From Epithemia pelagica (taxonomy: Eukaryota; Protista; Bacillariophyta), in assembly GCA_946965045.2 (NCBI GenBank), contig OX337235.1:1426001-1490000 (forward strand): a stretch of DNA of 64,000 bases, given 5' to 3'. Positions within the stretch are counted from its first letter, which is position 1. Every line of letters starts with the position of its first letter. Below, one piece after another: positions 18,215 through 30,108 of this stretch. The position numbers and the translations under genes were made by a program. The notes beneath the pieces were generated by a model. It saw nothing but the letters and a program-made list of their open reading frames with translations. It did not search any database and was not told the origin of the DNA.

Positions 18215-20908
18215 TCAGGTTGGAATGACAGGCGGCAAAAACAAGGCACTGCGTCGTGATCGCGGTTGTCGCTTGTCCCCCGTCGGATCGTTTGCTCCAT
18301 GAGATCCGTCGACCCATATACATCCCGTTTTATTCGCAGACTTTTGATCCACACCATATGTCCAGTGTCGTGTTTTGCACTCAAAGTTATTTCCCGATAT
18401 CAGTTGTGCCCATTTCGCAAAGCCACCCATATTGTAGGATATGCACCGACCCATGGACATTATGTAAAGGTCAACAAAGATATCAAAGAACTCCGAAGGC
18501 CTCGTGTTTTTCCAGTCATTCACTTTATCCAAGTGTATCGGAGCCGGAGCATCCACGCGAGCTCTGATAGGGGTATGCTTCTCCCTACCATAGTTGACCG
18601 CCACGTCGCGAGCATGAGCGGAATCGGATGAGAAAAAGAAGGGACCACCAGGTCTCAAATTTGAAAGACAATTTAAAGCATTCTGTGTCCAATTGCGGAC
18701 CAGGTCCAAGTCTCGTCCCTGATGCTCGATCCCGTACAACGCACGAAGATGGGCAACACCAAATTCACCCGGCTGGAGTTCAAGCCTGTCGAGTTCCTCT
18801 TCAATCCGGGTGGCCAGCATTGGTACTGGTGTAAAAAGTGAAAACCAGCAGTCACGATACACGGAGCGAAATGTCGTCAATGAGTTTGTCTCAGAACGTG
18901 TGGCCTGCGAATTGTAGTACGCACTTCCGTGATCATTGGCCTGAAGTCGAGTTTGCACAATGATTGCGCTTTGATTTTGAGCAACGGACACAAGCTTTTG
19001 GACGGTGGTATATGCCTTACTTTGTAAATGAGGGACCAACCACCTAGGCATGCGCCAGTCCATTCCTCCACGTGGAGGAAGGAGAAAGTCTTCTAAATGT
19101 TTTGGTTTTTCCCAGTACACAAATAGAATTCGTTTGTTTTCGGCAGCAAGTCGGATCATGAAGGGAATAGAGCGCAGCCGATCAGCCGTACCCCCACAAT
19201 GAGGAGCTAGTGCAAGACATTCCATTACCAAAAACCGAAACTGGAACCAGTTTTTCTCATTTAACATAGTGCGTTGTTGCTTGTGCCAGCGAAAATACGA
19301 TTTCATCCATGCTGGCAGGTTTGGAGAAGCCTCCAACAAGTCTAACGATGCGTTTTTGTCGTCGACAATTGGAAAGTCTTGGAGCTTGGCCAAAGCTCTC
19401 TCCTCTTGGTTATGATGTCCTGCTGCAAGATTCATGAGCACATCGTGAGATGCCATAGGTGGAGCAAACAACTCGGACGCTTCAATAGGCATGTTGTCAT
19501 GAGCGCTCTCATACGGTGAGGTCATTACCAGCGTACATTCTGAGACGCCCAAAGCGGTATGGTGTTGCATGGCACAGGATGCGTTGTAGCTCAGATACGA
19601 GGCAAATTTCCCATATCCACCCATACCATACGTCACGCACTGACTCAACGAAAGGAGATAAAGGTCAACGAAAGCATTGTAGTATTCACTGGGCTCCCGA
19701 TTCCTCCAGTCGGTGGCCTTGTCCAAATGCAAGGGTTCCGCTTGGTCCCGTCCTTTACGAACAAGTACGTTCACTCCCATTTGAGCTCCATAGCGTTGGG
19801 CCCAGAGGGTCGCGGCTCGATTGTCAGCTGCAAAGAAAATTGGTTCATGAGGCCCCAGTTGCGAAGAGCAATTCACGGCATTTTGAGTCCAAAAGGTGAC
19901 AAGTTCAGGATCACGGTCCTTGACGGCATACAAGGCTCGTAGGTGAGCGGCCACATAATTGCCAGGCCTCAAATGAATCTCGTTGAGAAGGCTGACAATT
20001 CGTCTCGACACTCCTGGAGAGGGAGTGAAGAGCACTTTCCATGCATCGCGAGTCACCTCAGAAAAAGTCTTTTCACTAGTCCGTTTTGCCTTGTCAAAAT
20101 AGATGGATCCATGATCATGAGACTGGAAACGGCAAGTCACAACAGTCAAGTCGGTACCAACAAGAGAAAGGAGATCCTCTTCCGTTGCCCCAAAGTTGGC
20201 ATGGGAAAGGAGCTTGTCTTTTAAACGTGACGGAACCCTCCAATCCATGCCTCCCACCGGAGGCACAAGAAACTCTTCTAGTGCACACGGTCGACCCCAG
20301 TAAATGAAAAAGAGCCGTCGAGATTTGGCTGCCAATCTCAAGAGAAATGGCATGGCAGACAAGCGATCCGCTGTTCCACCACATTTTGTGGATTTTTCAT
20401 GACACATGAGAATCATGAATCGAAACTCTTTGAACTTGTCGAAATCTCCCATCGACATTAATAATCGCGATTGTGTCTCTTTGTGCCAGCGAAAGTATGC
20501 CTTCATCCATTCAGGCAAGGTTGTTTCCCCTTCCCAAAGGTCGAAACTATCAACCGTGTAGTTTGCAGATGGTTGAGCAAATGATTTCTTGACGAGGTTC
20601 CCACGAGTGACTTTTGTATTATGTGGAAGTGAAACATGAACATGACCTGTCTTCGAAGCACCTGTTAGACTTTCCTCCGCACCATTCAAGAAGGATTGCA
20701 TCCGAACAAGCACCATGGCGTATATGGCCAGAAACCATCCAGACACAAACAAAATAGAACGCAAGGCGGAGCACGGCCTCCGCATCATTCTCATTCTTTG
20801 GTACTCTGAAGAATGATATTCGCTGTCACTTTTGCTGATAACTGTTCCAAGACGACGCATTTGAATAGAAGAGACCCATCCCTCTCGTCGAAAAAGTGTC
20901 ATGGTCAT
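18215..20908 (-). CDS. Type II membrane protein with two tandem GT-B fucosyltransferase-like domains (GT23/NodZ/O-FucT-like)
   Basis: Two ~400 aa repeats, each with WMKxYFRWHK, CGGTADRL, motif I AHLRALY, motif II FF(A/S)(A/S)D and motif III FVDLY. Start codon uncertain. Confidence 0.65.
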   Translation of the reverse strand: MTMTLFRREGWVSSIQMRRLGTVISKSDSEYHSSEYQRMRMMRRPCSALRSILFVSGWFLAIYAMVLVRMQSFLNGAEESLTGASKTGHVHVSLPHNTKVTRGNLVKKSFAQPSANYTVDSFDLWEGETTLPEWMKAYFRWHKETQSRLLMSMGDFDKFKEFRFMILMCHEKSTKCGGTADRLSAMPFLLRLAAKSRRLFFIYWGRPCALEEFLVPPVGGMDWRVPSRLKDKLLSHANFGATEEDLLSLVGTDLTVVTCRFQSHDHGSIYFDKAKRTSEKTFSEVTRDAWKVLFTPSPGVSRRIVSLLNEIHLRPGNYVAAHLRALYAVKDRDPELVTFWTQNAVNCSSQLGPHEPIFFAADNRAATLWAQRYGAQMGVNVLVRKGRDQAEPLHLDKATDWRNREPSEYYNAFVDLYLLSLSQCVTYGMGGYGKFASYLSYNASCAMQHHTALGVSECTLVMTSPYESAHDNMPIEASELFAPPMASHDVLMNLAAGHHNQEERALAKLQDFPIVDDKNASLDLLEASPNLPAWMKSYFRWHKQQRTMLNEKNWFQFRFLVMECLALAPHCGGTADRLRSIPFMIRLAAENKRILFVYWEKPKHLEDFLLPPRGGMDWRMPRWLVPHLQSKAYTTVQKLVSVAQNQSAIIVQTRLQANDHGSAYYNSQATRSETNSLTTFRSVYRDCWFSLFTPVPMLATRIEEELDRLELQPGEFGVAHLRALYGIEHQGRDLDLVRNWTQNALNCLSNLRPGGPFFFSSDSAHARDVAVNYGREKHTPIRARVDAPAPIHLDKVNDWKNTRPSEFFDIFVDLYIMSMGRCISYNMGGFAKWAQLISGNNFECKTRHWTYGVDQKSANKTGCIWVDGSHGANDPTGDKRQPRSRRSALFLPPVIPT

Positions 20909-21266
20909 CGTCGTCACATTTTCCGGTGTCTCATTTTTGTTTGCGCGGGCGTCGATCTTTTCACGCCTACCTGGCGGTCAACGGAAACACAGGAAAGGAG
21001 AGGTAGCTATCTGTGTGTGTGTGAGTGATAGGGATAGACTATGGCTATTCCGAATTCGCAGTCAAGGTGCCTCTAGATGAGCACAAAGGGACCTTTCGAA
21101 GTCTCCTTTGAGATTTTGAGCAGCGGAATATGGATACATCAATAAACTATTTTATAGAGAGGGCGATCCAAGAGGGATACCGAGGTAGCACCGCCCAAAC
21201 AAGCAATCTGCAAGAAAACAAGTGACAGCGCAATCGCTCAAGGGCGTCTGTGGACGCGGTCCTTCT

Positions 21267-22694
21267 TTACGTCATGCGCCCTGGTACCGTCGAATCATCA
21301 TCTCCGTCAAGGTATCCGTTTTGGTCGGCACCATCCATGACAGCCAGCGCCGATTTGACAACCCAGTCAAAGACATCCCCACCACCCTTTATAGCGGTTG
21401 ACTTGGATACAGTGTCGCTGTCGAGGCGGTCCCAAATTTCTCCCTGTCCCATTCCGGTCTGAATACGGTGTTTACGGCCATCGCGTTCATCGTCTTCAGG
21501 AGGCGTACCACGCTGCCAGTCGTTCTTCCATGTGACGGGGTCTCGTCCTGGTCGTTGAGGATCGTGGACACCACCATCGGGAATGTAGGGATCAAACTCT
21601 TGCACCGACTGATCATCCTTGTGTTTAATTTCTTCAATGTTACGAGCAGGTTCATCCCATTCAGGAGGTGGCATTGGTTCCTTGGGAGGAATGGGTCGGA
21701 GTGCATGGCTATTATTCGGTTTTTCAGGAGGAATGTATTCACCACCGGGCCAGCGGCGTTTGGTATCTTCCTCTTCTGGGACTGCGTAGTTGAATCCGCG
21801 GGCTCGGCGACCATCTCCGTCCGAGTATTCGTCATCGTCGTACCCACCACTTCGGTTTTTGCCTTCTTCGTCGTAGTCATCGGGATCATCGCGGTAGCCT
21901 TCGGGGTTTCCATCGGCACCAACGGGACCAGGCATTCCTCGCTCCATATGAGGAGCTTGTTCTTGGAGAGGTGTTTCCAGCCATTCTTCTTTTCCAGGAT
22001 ATTCTGTCTCGATGATTTCTTCTTCTTGTTCTTCCTTACGACGACGGCGTCGAATAATACAGCAACAGCAGCAGCAAAGAAGCAACAAGAGAATAGTTGC
22101 AATAATGGGGGCAAGGAGGTTCCAGTTGGATGCATCAGCAGTGGCTCCAGAACGGGGATCTAAGGGTGGTGGAGGCACGACAAACGGCGGGGGTTCGTCA
22201 AAGGGAAGCAATTTGATGGAGCAGTTGGTTCCAGGAAGAGTTCCGTACGTGAGCAAACAGACGTTGTCCAAGAAGACATTTTCCGGTTCCGTGGCAAGTT
22301 GCGCACTATTCCTTGCGCCGGAGGTGGAGAGACGGGCATTCTTGCCAATGCAACACGCCATGTCGTTCTTGTTGTCCACGCCACCGGCGCTTTGTTGGTG
22401 GGTTGCGCACTGACAGGCCAAACTATTGTAGTTTCCCTTTTGTCCCAAGGTCAGTCTCGGCCAAAAGATACACCTCCTCGCAGCAGTATCTGCCGTGAAA
22501 GTTTCATACTCCTTCATACTAAGACCACCATCGCCATCCGTGTCCGCAACCAACATGTCTTCGTAGCAACCCGTAAAGTTCACACCTTCAAAGGGACGGA
22601 TGATCCTGGCTGGGTCGTATTGTGATACATTCGTCCCATAGGGAATGCACGTAATATTGTCGACAGCGACACAAGGATCAAGGTAGGCACTCAT
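21267..22694 (-). CDS. Single-pass membrane protein with Cys-rich ectodomain containing an EF-hand-like loop and acidic/Pro-rich cytoplasmic tail
   Basis: 475 aa ORF; DTDGDGGLSMKE loop; TM LLAPIIATILLLLLCCCCCCII followed by RRRRRK. No signal peptide, so the 5' end may be incomplete. Confidence 0.6.
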   Translation of the reverse strand: MSAYLDPCVAVDNITCIPYGTNVSQYDPARIIRPFEGVNFTGCYEDMLVADTDGDGGLSMKEYETFTADTAARRCIFWPRLTLGQKGNYNSLACQCATHQQSAGGVDNKNDMACCIGKNARLSTSGARNSAQLATEPENVFLDNVCLLTYGTLPGTNCSIKLLPFDEPPPFVVPPPPLDPRSGATADASNWNLLAPIIATILLLLLCCCCCCIIRRRRRKEEQEEEIIETEYPGKEEWLETPLQEQAPHMERGMPGPVGADGNPEGYRDDPDDYDEEGKNRSGGYDDDEYSDGDGRRARGFNYAVPEEEDTKRRWPGGEYIPPEKPNNSHALRPIPPKEPMPPPEWDEPARNIEEIKHKDDQSVQEFDPYIPDGGVHDPQRPGRDPVTWKNDWQRGTPPEDDERDGRKHRIQTGMGQGEIWDRLDSDTVSKSTAIKGGGDVFDWVVKSALAVMDGADQNGYLDGDDDSTVPGRMT

Positions 22695-23727
22695 TGTCCG
22701 TAACTACACAGAATCAAGCACATGCTTGTAAGTGCACAGCGTCAACCCAATCCAAAACCACTGTAAAGTGTTCTCTGGGGCGTTTTCACGCGAAAAAAAT
22801 TGACCACTTCAATTCATCCACTTTGACAACCAACATACCTTTTATCTTATCGTTCTGGGACGTAGTTCCTTGTTCGTTCTCTATGGTTTCCACAGCAACC
22901 CTGGGGTATTGCGTCAATCCTTGTTGGAAATGGGATGAAGAGTGTTTTTCCCATCAAGATTGACGGTCTTGGTTATGTAAGAAAGAGATTTGTATGGGTA
23001 TAGTGCCACCTACATGATATTACATATGCCTCATGTCTTGACGCAAAATCCCATCAAACTTCTCGGATGGAAAATTTGGCGCAATGCGAAATCAAATCTG
23101 GGATCTCTCTAGAGGAACTGGGTAGAAAGTTAGACCTTTTCGAAGAACTAATGATGCTAATATGTACGATCTTACCTACTAGACGTTAATGGATCTTACT
23201 GCTAATTGTTCTTGCACGAGATCAGTTTCATTTCATTTGTTAGATTGATAAGATGACTAAGAGTCTTGTAGTACCCCGATCATTGAAATTTCCCATTTCC
23301 CCAGTCAGTTGTCCCCCAGTCCCACAGCGAAAGCAGGGTCATTAGTCATTACCTTTATTTTGTAGAACATGGTTGGACTCAATCGTGCCAGTTCACTTCT
23401 ATGGATGCTACCCTCATTTTTTCAGAATCTCAAGATAGTTTTTCCTCCGTCCAGTTTGGTCATTTTACTTTGATCTATCCCTTCCAGGAAGCAAAATATC
23501 ACCCAATTCTACAACCTTTTCAAGTTCCAATTAGTGGCTGACACTGGAGGTTGCTTCCGTGTCATTGATTGGATTCACTTGGGGGAAACAAGTACAAGAA
23601 GTCGTGGACAAGCCCAGTATCTTGAACGCAATGCGCCGATACGGATGTGGGATACGAGTAAAGACTTTAGAAGTGTGACAGAGTTCTTTGCTTATAGTCC
23701 TGCGTTGTGATGGGCCGTATCCATGTC

Positions 23728-26293
23728 CTACGCCGTATGGACATCAGTGGTGGCCGAGTTCATTTGGTTTTGGGAGGCCATTTCCGTCTCGGACGCTGGT
23801 TCGGTTGTGCTCTTCTCCACTCCACTGGCGCGGCGTCCTGACATGAGAACACACAAGACACCAACCAGCACAACTCCAAACACGCATCCAATCACAATGC
23901 CAGCAATGGCACCCGCTTCCAAGTCATCACTGCTTTCGCTCGTTTCGGAAAACTCGCATTCAAACTCGTAGAGTGAGATGGTACCACTAATGGCACCACC
24001 AAACATGATGGCAGTCTTGCCCGTCGGAGAGACGGTGTGGTCCAAAAACAAGATCGTTTCCGAGTCAATGTCACCAAGAGTTTTCTCGTTGTACGCCAGC
24101 GTGGGACTGAGGTTCTCCGACGCGGGGGACAGATTGAAAACCTTCAAGAGCTTGGGATCTACAATACTGCTGATATCATAGAGGAGACACATCCCGTTGT
24201 TCTCGCCACATCCGACCATGACGAGACGATCGCACGCCACACCAACCGCCACAGCCTCCACGGCAGGTCCGTCAGACAAAGATTGCTCTCCCACAGTGTC
24301 TTTCATTGGACAAGGTCCTGCTTGGCCGTCACCTCGATCATCACATCCTTCATCCCCGGGATCATTTCTGCCAAGAAAAAAAGGTGAGCGGCTGCAAAGT
24401 TATACACACAACTGACGGTGGAAAAAGTCAAAACTTACTTGGCATCGTAATCCTCTTGGTTCTCTGTAAAAACCTTATAGGCAGGGTCATCTGGGGTAAC
24501 AAACTCTTCATCTTGGATCGCATTGTGTGCCCAGGGAAAATCACGGCATGTCCGAACCTCAAACTCGGACCCCTGAATCACCATCATACAACCTGGGGTT
24601 TAAGGACGTCATTCGAGGCACAGCAGATCATACAAAACCGTTACTTACCGAATCCCAGATTTCAGTTACGGCTCCAGTGGATGCAACGCGGGAGATTCCA
24701 ATACCACGTCCACCAAAGCCAACAATTCTGCTCATTTCGGGTTGGGTGAAGTCAGTTTCATAGTTTACGGCTGAGGATCCGATCGTGAGTTCAAACCCAG
24801 AAGCACACCAGCCCCCCGCTACCGTATCCTCATTGCAGTCCTTGTTGAAGTTGGCCGAGCATCCGCTGTTGACGTTGTTGGGGTCAAAGAATGAAGGGTC
24901 CGCCTTAAATCCAGGGAAAGCGAACGACGTTCCATTGAGAACATCTTCGGCATCGTAATTTTCTTCGAATTCGCCCAAATCAAAGTCAGAGCCCTCCTCT
25001 GCTGTGATGACGTAGTTGACTCCGTCAACTTCTACTGTGGCAATGCCGTCAGGTGTCCTTCCAAGAAATAGGCATGAGTTAATGAGGAACGAGCCAGTTG
25101 AGGTCAACCGACTGCATCCACCTTCTTCGAGTAGATCCACGCCTTTTCCTAGTCCCGTCGTGGCCGTCATGGGTTTCAGACCGTATCCTTCAATGTTCAG
25201 AACCTCTCCATTCTCGGGATTGACAACAAGCAGGGCAGAGTTGTCTTGGAGATTCACATAGAGCCTCGAATGATCGTGACTAAAGGCCATGAATTCAGGA
25301 TCCATGGCAATGGCTGGATCGTAGTTCGCAATCAACTCATCCCATACAGAGTTCTCGGTGATCACACCAGAAATTTGATTCCAGTAACGCATGGCATTCC
25401 GCGTGAGGGGCATGTGGACCCGTGCGTTCAAAAGTTGGGTGTCCGTGAAACCACTGAACGAAACCTATGAAACAAAGATTTCCCGTCCACGACGAAGGCA
25501 CGTATGAGTTAAGCAAGATGTTGTGGCATTCATTGCCAAACAAGACCAACGACCCTTACCGTTCTGACGTCAGGAACTGTAGATGGGTCATCTTCTTGGA
25601 AGTTTGAAACGATATGGACTGATCCAGCACCGTCCAAGAGTGACTGAGCTTCATTTTGATTTGCGACTGCAAGGTATTTGCAGTCATCGGACAGTTGGAG
25701 AGCGTCTGGAGAGTTACCGGCATCAATCTCCTTAATCACTTCAGGGATGCCTGGATTGCTACGATCGATGGCACGAAACATAATCACTTTGTTCTGTGCA
25801 AAACGAACACAACAAAGTCAGGGGATCAAGAATGTGGACAATATGTCGGTGTGAGATCAGTTCTGCTTACATAATCAGAGAGAGAAATGAACAAGATTCC
25901 TCGTTCGGAGCAAATGGCAATGTCACGAATATCAGAATCGTAGGACTTTAGATCAAGAGAATACTCTGTCACAGTGCCAGGCTGAGTTTCAAAGTCCACA
26001 ACAGCAATGTACTCCCCTGCTTCTGACTGAGAATAGATGTACTTGTGCTTTGTATCGTAGGCCCAATGTTCCGTTGCTCCAAAGCCGTATCCGAATCCCT
26101 CCCACGGTTGGTCAGTAGCTGCTTGTCTTGGTTCCCTTGCAAGATCCGGGCCGTAGGGAATGTATGTTCGACTGCTCAACTTCAGATACTCTCCTTTCAA
26201 ATTGTTTCTGCCAATGTTCTTCGTATCAAATTTGACGGCGGCACCATAGCCGACAAAGCAGACCAAGATGGCTTTGGTAAGGATGAACATCAT
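23728..26293 (-). CDS. Secreted/single-pass beta-propeller protein resembling the choice-of-anchor I domain (about 5 exons)
   Basis: Signal peptide. ORF pieces 25826-26302, 25530-25787, 24628-25431 and 23728-24306 are separated by GT-AG introns. Motifs DPEFMAFS..SRLYVNLQDNSA, PDGIATVEVDGVNYVITAEEG and DGPAVE; C-terminal TM. Confidence 0.6.
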
Positions 26294-27206
26294 GTCGTTC
26301 ACTTTTTATCCGTATCTGTTGGGTTTCAGTGAATCTCAAGAAAATGAATGAGAGCAGATAAGGAACGTCAAAAAGTGGATCTTTGCGAGTTGGAATTTGG
26401 ATCAGGTATCCTCCTCTTCCCTGGCGTCCTTTATGCGTTCGTTTTTGAAAAACTGTAAAGTTCCTTGTACCTTGTTTCCTACATGCACACCGCGACGCTT
26501 GGAAAGTTCAGTCGAAGGGAACTCTGAATCTCGATGTGTTATGCCCAGGATATGGTCCGTGTCTCAAATTCATAAGCCTCCTATCAAAAGCGAATCTCTT
26601 GAGATTCATTCGGTTGTTGACGTAGGTTGTAACCTAGCTAGAGGATTAGGACTCATACTCCTGACGATAGTATGAGTAGATTCTAGGTTCTACCTAGGTA
26701 CTCCTACGGTAGGTAGTTTGCTTGACCTCCTTCAAAGGAAAAAAGTGAAGGGCTGATTTCATAACTCGTTCCCTGCAAAACGCTCCCATGTCTTGGAAAC
26801 CGTTTATTTCATGGTACGAATGTTGGTCGTGAAGACCAGCTCTACGGAAAGCCCTGGGACTGTAGCCAGGGTTCGTCAAGAAGCTGGAAGGTAATCATCT
26901 GTTGTGCTCAGTGAGGCCGATAAAATCACCGACACTGGACAAAAAGAGCATTTTCTCAAGCAATCTTTTCTTGGGGACCTCCAAGACCAATGCTGTTGAA
27001 TTGATACAACTGACCGACCGAGTAGCAATTGCCATTAAAACATGACGTTTGCTGAGTCTTGACCACACAGAACAACTGTACATGTAGTCTTCGGAGACGT
27101 GATCGTCTGTAGTCTTCGGAGACTTGCTCGTCCAGAGTTGTCGTTTAGCTTTTGTGCGGAAACCATCACCAAGGAGCATAATCAAACGGTAGAAGCAGTC
27201 ACGTGG

Positions 27207-28481
27207 CTATTGATTGGGATGTGAAGGGATGATCTTGTAGTGGAAGAGACTGAGGAGACGCGGGTCCAGGTTTTTCTCTGCAAAGGCAAGATCCTGGGTG
27301 GTCATGTTTCCCATGTCGCGTCGCCGACCATTTTTGTATTGTATCATGGCTTCGATCAATCCTGTCTTGTTTTTTCCATGTATAGGAGACTTGTCTTTCG
27401 CTGATTCCTTCACGTAGTTGAATGACTTTTCGCTCTCATCAACAGTCTCAGCCGTTCCAGTTTCAAGACCAAAGCCCAAGAGTTTGCCTCCGGCACAGGC
27501 ACATACTTTCTCTATGACGGCTCGAGGGCGAAAGATCAAATCTTCGTATCGCACAATCACTCGTGGCCAAGAGGCGTTCAAATAGGCACCATAGAAGTCA
27601 TTAAAGTGGTGTGCCATACTCAGGTGTCGACGTACGGTATCGTTGTTGTACTTCACCTGAACAGGGATGGACGACACGCTTCGGAGCAATTCCGAATCTG
27701 TCTCGACAGGGACTAAGTTGGGACAGCGGTTGTTGCTCTTGGGCCATCTCATGTGGTATTGATGTCGACACATGGCTGTCATCCAAAAATAGGGATCTCG
27801 GATTGTCACAACTGGCAGTACATTGTTTGTGTCAATTCCTCGCTCGTTTTCTGCCCGATGCAGCTGTCGATACGTTTCGTTGTCCACAGGAGAGTGTTTT
27901 CCGTAAGGTACCTGCCATCTCACACCACGGTTGATCCTTCCATACTTTTTCACCCGCTCCACCATGTAACAGTTCTTCCACAAAAGAGTCGCCAGAAGGT
28001 TGGTACCAGAATTGAACGTGCCCGCAACCGAAATCATATGCTCGGCTGGATCGGGTGAATTTCGAAATTGTTCACAAGTCTCTAGTCCAACAATGCGCGG
28101 CGTGTCGCCATATTCTTCGAGAATATAGTTCCAGGAGGGCAACAATGCCAGTTTCTCTTGGAGCGATGCATCTTGCTCTACAAAGTAACCGGCATGGGAA
28201 AGAAGTCTTTTCAAAGGATCATGCGCCGGTGATGGATCCAAGCGGTTCCGTTTCCGAATGTTCTCTTGAGATTTCGTCGATGCAAGTTGCGAACTCGTGA
28301 ATGCGTAGACCCACAGAGCGATGAGAAACGTACTGAACACAGGAACCATCCTCAATGCTATCAAATAGTGCAGTCGTTTTCGCCGACGGTGCGATACGGC
28401 TCGTTTCCGACGTCGTGCTTGCGTCCCATGTCCAGAATTTGGCAGTCCTTGTGTCGTCTGCGCCCTTTGCCGATTGATCAT
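27207..28481 (-). CDS. Sulfotransferase-like type II membrane protein
   Basis: TM; AGTFNSGTNLL (5'-PSB-like P-loop); VTIRDPYFW (3'-PB-like); VRYEDL. Confidence 0.7.
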   Translation of the reverse strand: MINRQRAQTTQGLPNSGHGTQARRRKRAVSHRRRKRLHYLIALRMVPVFSTFLIALWVYAFTSSQLASTKSQENIRKRNRLDPSPAHDPLKRLLSHAGYFVEQDASLQEKLALLPSWNYILEEYGDTPRIVGLETCEQFRNSPDPAEHMISVAGTFNSGTNLLATLLWKNCYMVERVKKYGRINRGVRWQVPYGKHSPVDNETYRQLHRAENERGIDTNNVLPVVTIRDPYFWMTAMCRHQYHMRWPKSNNRCPNLVPVETDSELLRSVSSIPVQVKYNNDTVRRHLSMAHHFNDFYGAYLNASWPRVIVRYEDLIFRPRAVIEKVCACAGGKLLGFGLETGTAETVDESEKSFNYVKESAKDKSPIHGKNKTGLIEAMIQYKNGRRRDMGNMTTQDLAFAEKNLDPRLLSLFHYKIIPSHPNQ

Positions 28482-28762
28482 AACCGCTCAAAAAGCTTCA
28501 AAGTTGATATACGAAGATCTGTACCCTGGAGTATGGTTCATCAGAAACACGCAGGTATGTCATCATCTACACGACGCCATTGCCAAGAAAAATTAACCAG
28601 GCCGCACACGAAATAATGACCGAACATCCGGGTACGTTGATCGACAGCTACCCTCCGAAATTCGTTTAGTCGAAGTGGCAATTCCTCCTCTAGCTAGCAG
28701 GACGATCCTGTAGAAATGGTTGTGAATGATCAATACTCCTAGAATAGATGGGTATTATGATG

Positions 28763-29656
28763 TTAAGAGATAGCGACTGGTGCAGTGTGGCGATATTCGA
28801 CACATCCGCTGTCATCACTTGGTCCTTGATATCCCCAAGTCTCACGACGATTCTCCAGGCCCAAGGAGCGACGAGACAGGAAAAGAATCCATCTCAAAGG
28901 TTTTGACTGGCCAACCAGGTTCGAAGCAAAAGTCAAGCATGAGCTTCTGGCCACGCTCAAACGCTCGGGAAAATCGTCCAGTCCAAACAGGATATCAACG
29001 CGGTTCTGGTTGCCGTTGTAGTAAACGCTGCAATGGACATCCTCGCTGCCAAACCACTCCAGAGCAAACTCCGCAAAGCGAGATAGAGGGGAGGAAGCTC
29101 CTGGCTTGAGTTGCACATACCCGCTAAGATTTTCTACCTGTAAATCCCTCTGGCGAACAATGGGTACTGCTACCGAGTACCCATTGTTCGCCAGAGGGAT
29201 TTGCAGGTAGAAAATCTTGTGCGAGCCCTTCACTTTCGATCCAATACGGGGAAAGGAATTGTACCAGTGTCCATCGTGGAAGTACTGAACTTCGAGTTCG
29301 TGATTATTAGCGCTGTTGCGAACGCTCGACCGGGACAGGGACGTGGTAAAAAAATTACCATTGTCTGCTTTTTTTACTGTGTCCAACCAGGAGTCAAAGA
29401 TCTCCGCCAAATACTTGCGTTCGAATTTGACTTTTTGAGAGTCTGAGAGGCTTGTGTCATTCGTAAGAGACAAACGAATTGGCGGGCTAGGAATCTCCAA
29501 ACCAAGCATGTCCCTGGTCCACACCGGAAACCCCACGAATTGAACAAACTGTGCATGTTCCTCCGCATCAAAAACACTGCGGTAATGCTCATACCATTCT
29601 CTCTGTCGCTTCTGCTCTTCCGTCTCCTTCTGGGTGTCACTCTCCAAACTCATCAT
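28763..29656 (-). CDS. Hypothetical protein
   Basis: Long ORF with globular-looking composition; first ATG at 29656; no motif recognised. Confidence 0.5.
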   Translation of the reverse strand: MMSLESDTQKETEEQKRQREWYEHYRSVFDAEEHAQFVQFVGFPVWTRDMLGLEIPSPPIRLSLTNDTSLSDSQKVKFERKYLAEIFDSWLDTVKKADNGNFFTTSLSRSSVRNSANNHELEVQYFHDGHWYNSFPRIGSKVKGSHKIFYLQIPLANNGYSVAVPIVRQRDLQVENLSGYVQLKPGASSPLSRFAEFALEWFGSEDVHCSVYYNGNQNRVDILFGLDDFPERLSVARSSCLTFASNLVGQSKPLRWILFLSRRSLGLENRRETWGYQGPSDDSGCVEYRHTAPVAIS

Positions 29657-30108
29657 TGCTGATGCTGTTGCTTGTTGGTGTTGCTTGCCTCTGCAGTTGT
29701 TGTTATTCTTTGCTGATGCATGGTGCGGTAACGACGAAGAATGGAAGGTACACGTTCGATCAATCCCGTGGCCACAAGGGTGGCCCTTGCTTTGCGAAAT
29801 TGCTTCCAACAATTCGTGACTGGAACTTGTTACCTCTGTCCAGTCTATCAGTCCTACATGTCGAAACCACCAACAATCACAATCAGAAAAATCACTTTAG
29901 TCCTAATCTCACAATCTAGATATTGTCCTATCCGTCATCTGCAGTTCCTCTACTAGTTTCAAGTGTTTCACGGCAACTTCATCAAGAGCTTAATCACCTC
30001 CTTTGATCAAGTTGCCCTATGCCTATGGTCTATATTCGTTGCGTTATACCTATATAACTATATTTTGAGTGCGAGTATCATTCTGGGACCAATGAATTCT
30101 TTCCGTCT

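Noticed and set aside
27083-27132. 25 bp imperfect tandem duplication and nearby 96 aa ORF (26895-27185)
   Set aside because: An ordinary local slippage duplication; the ORF has no recognisable features.
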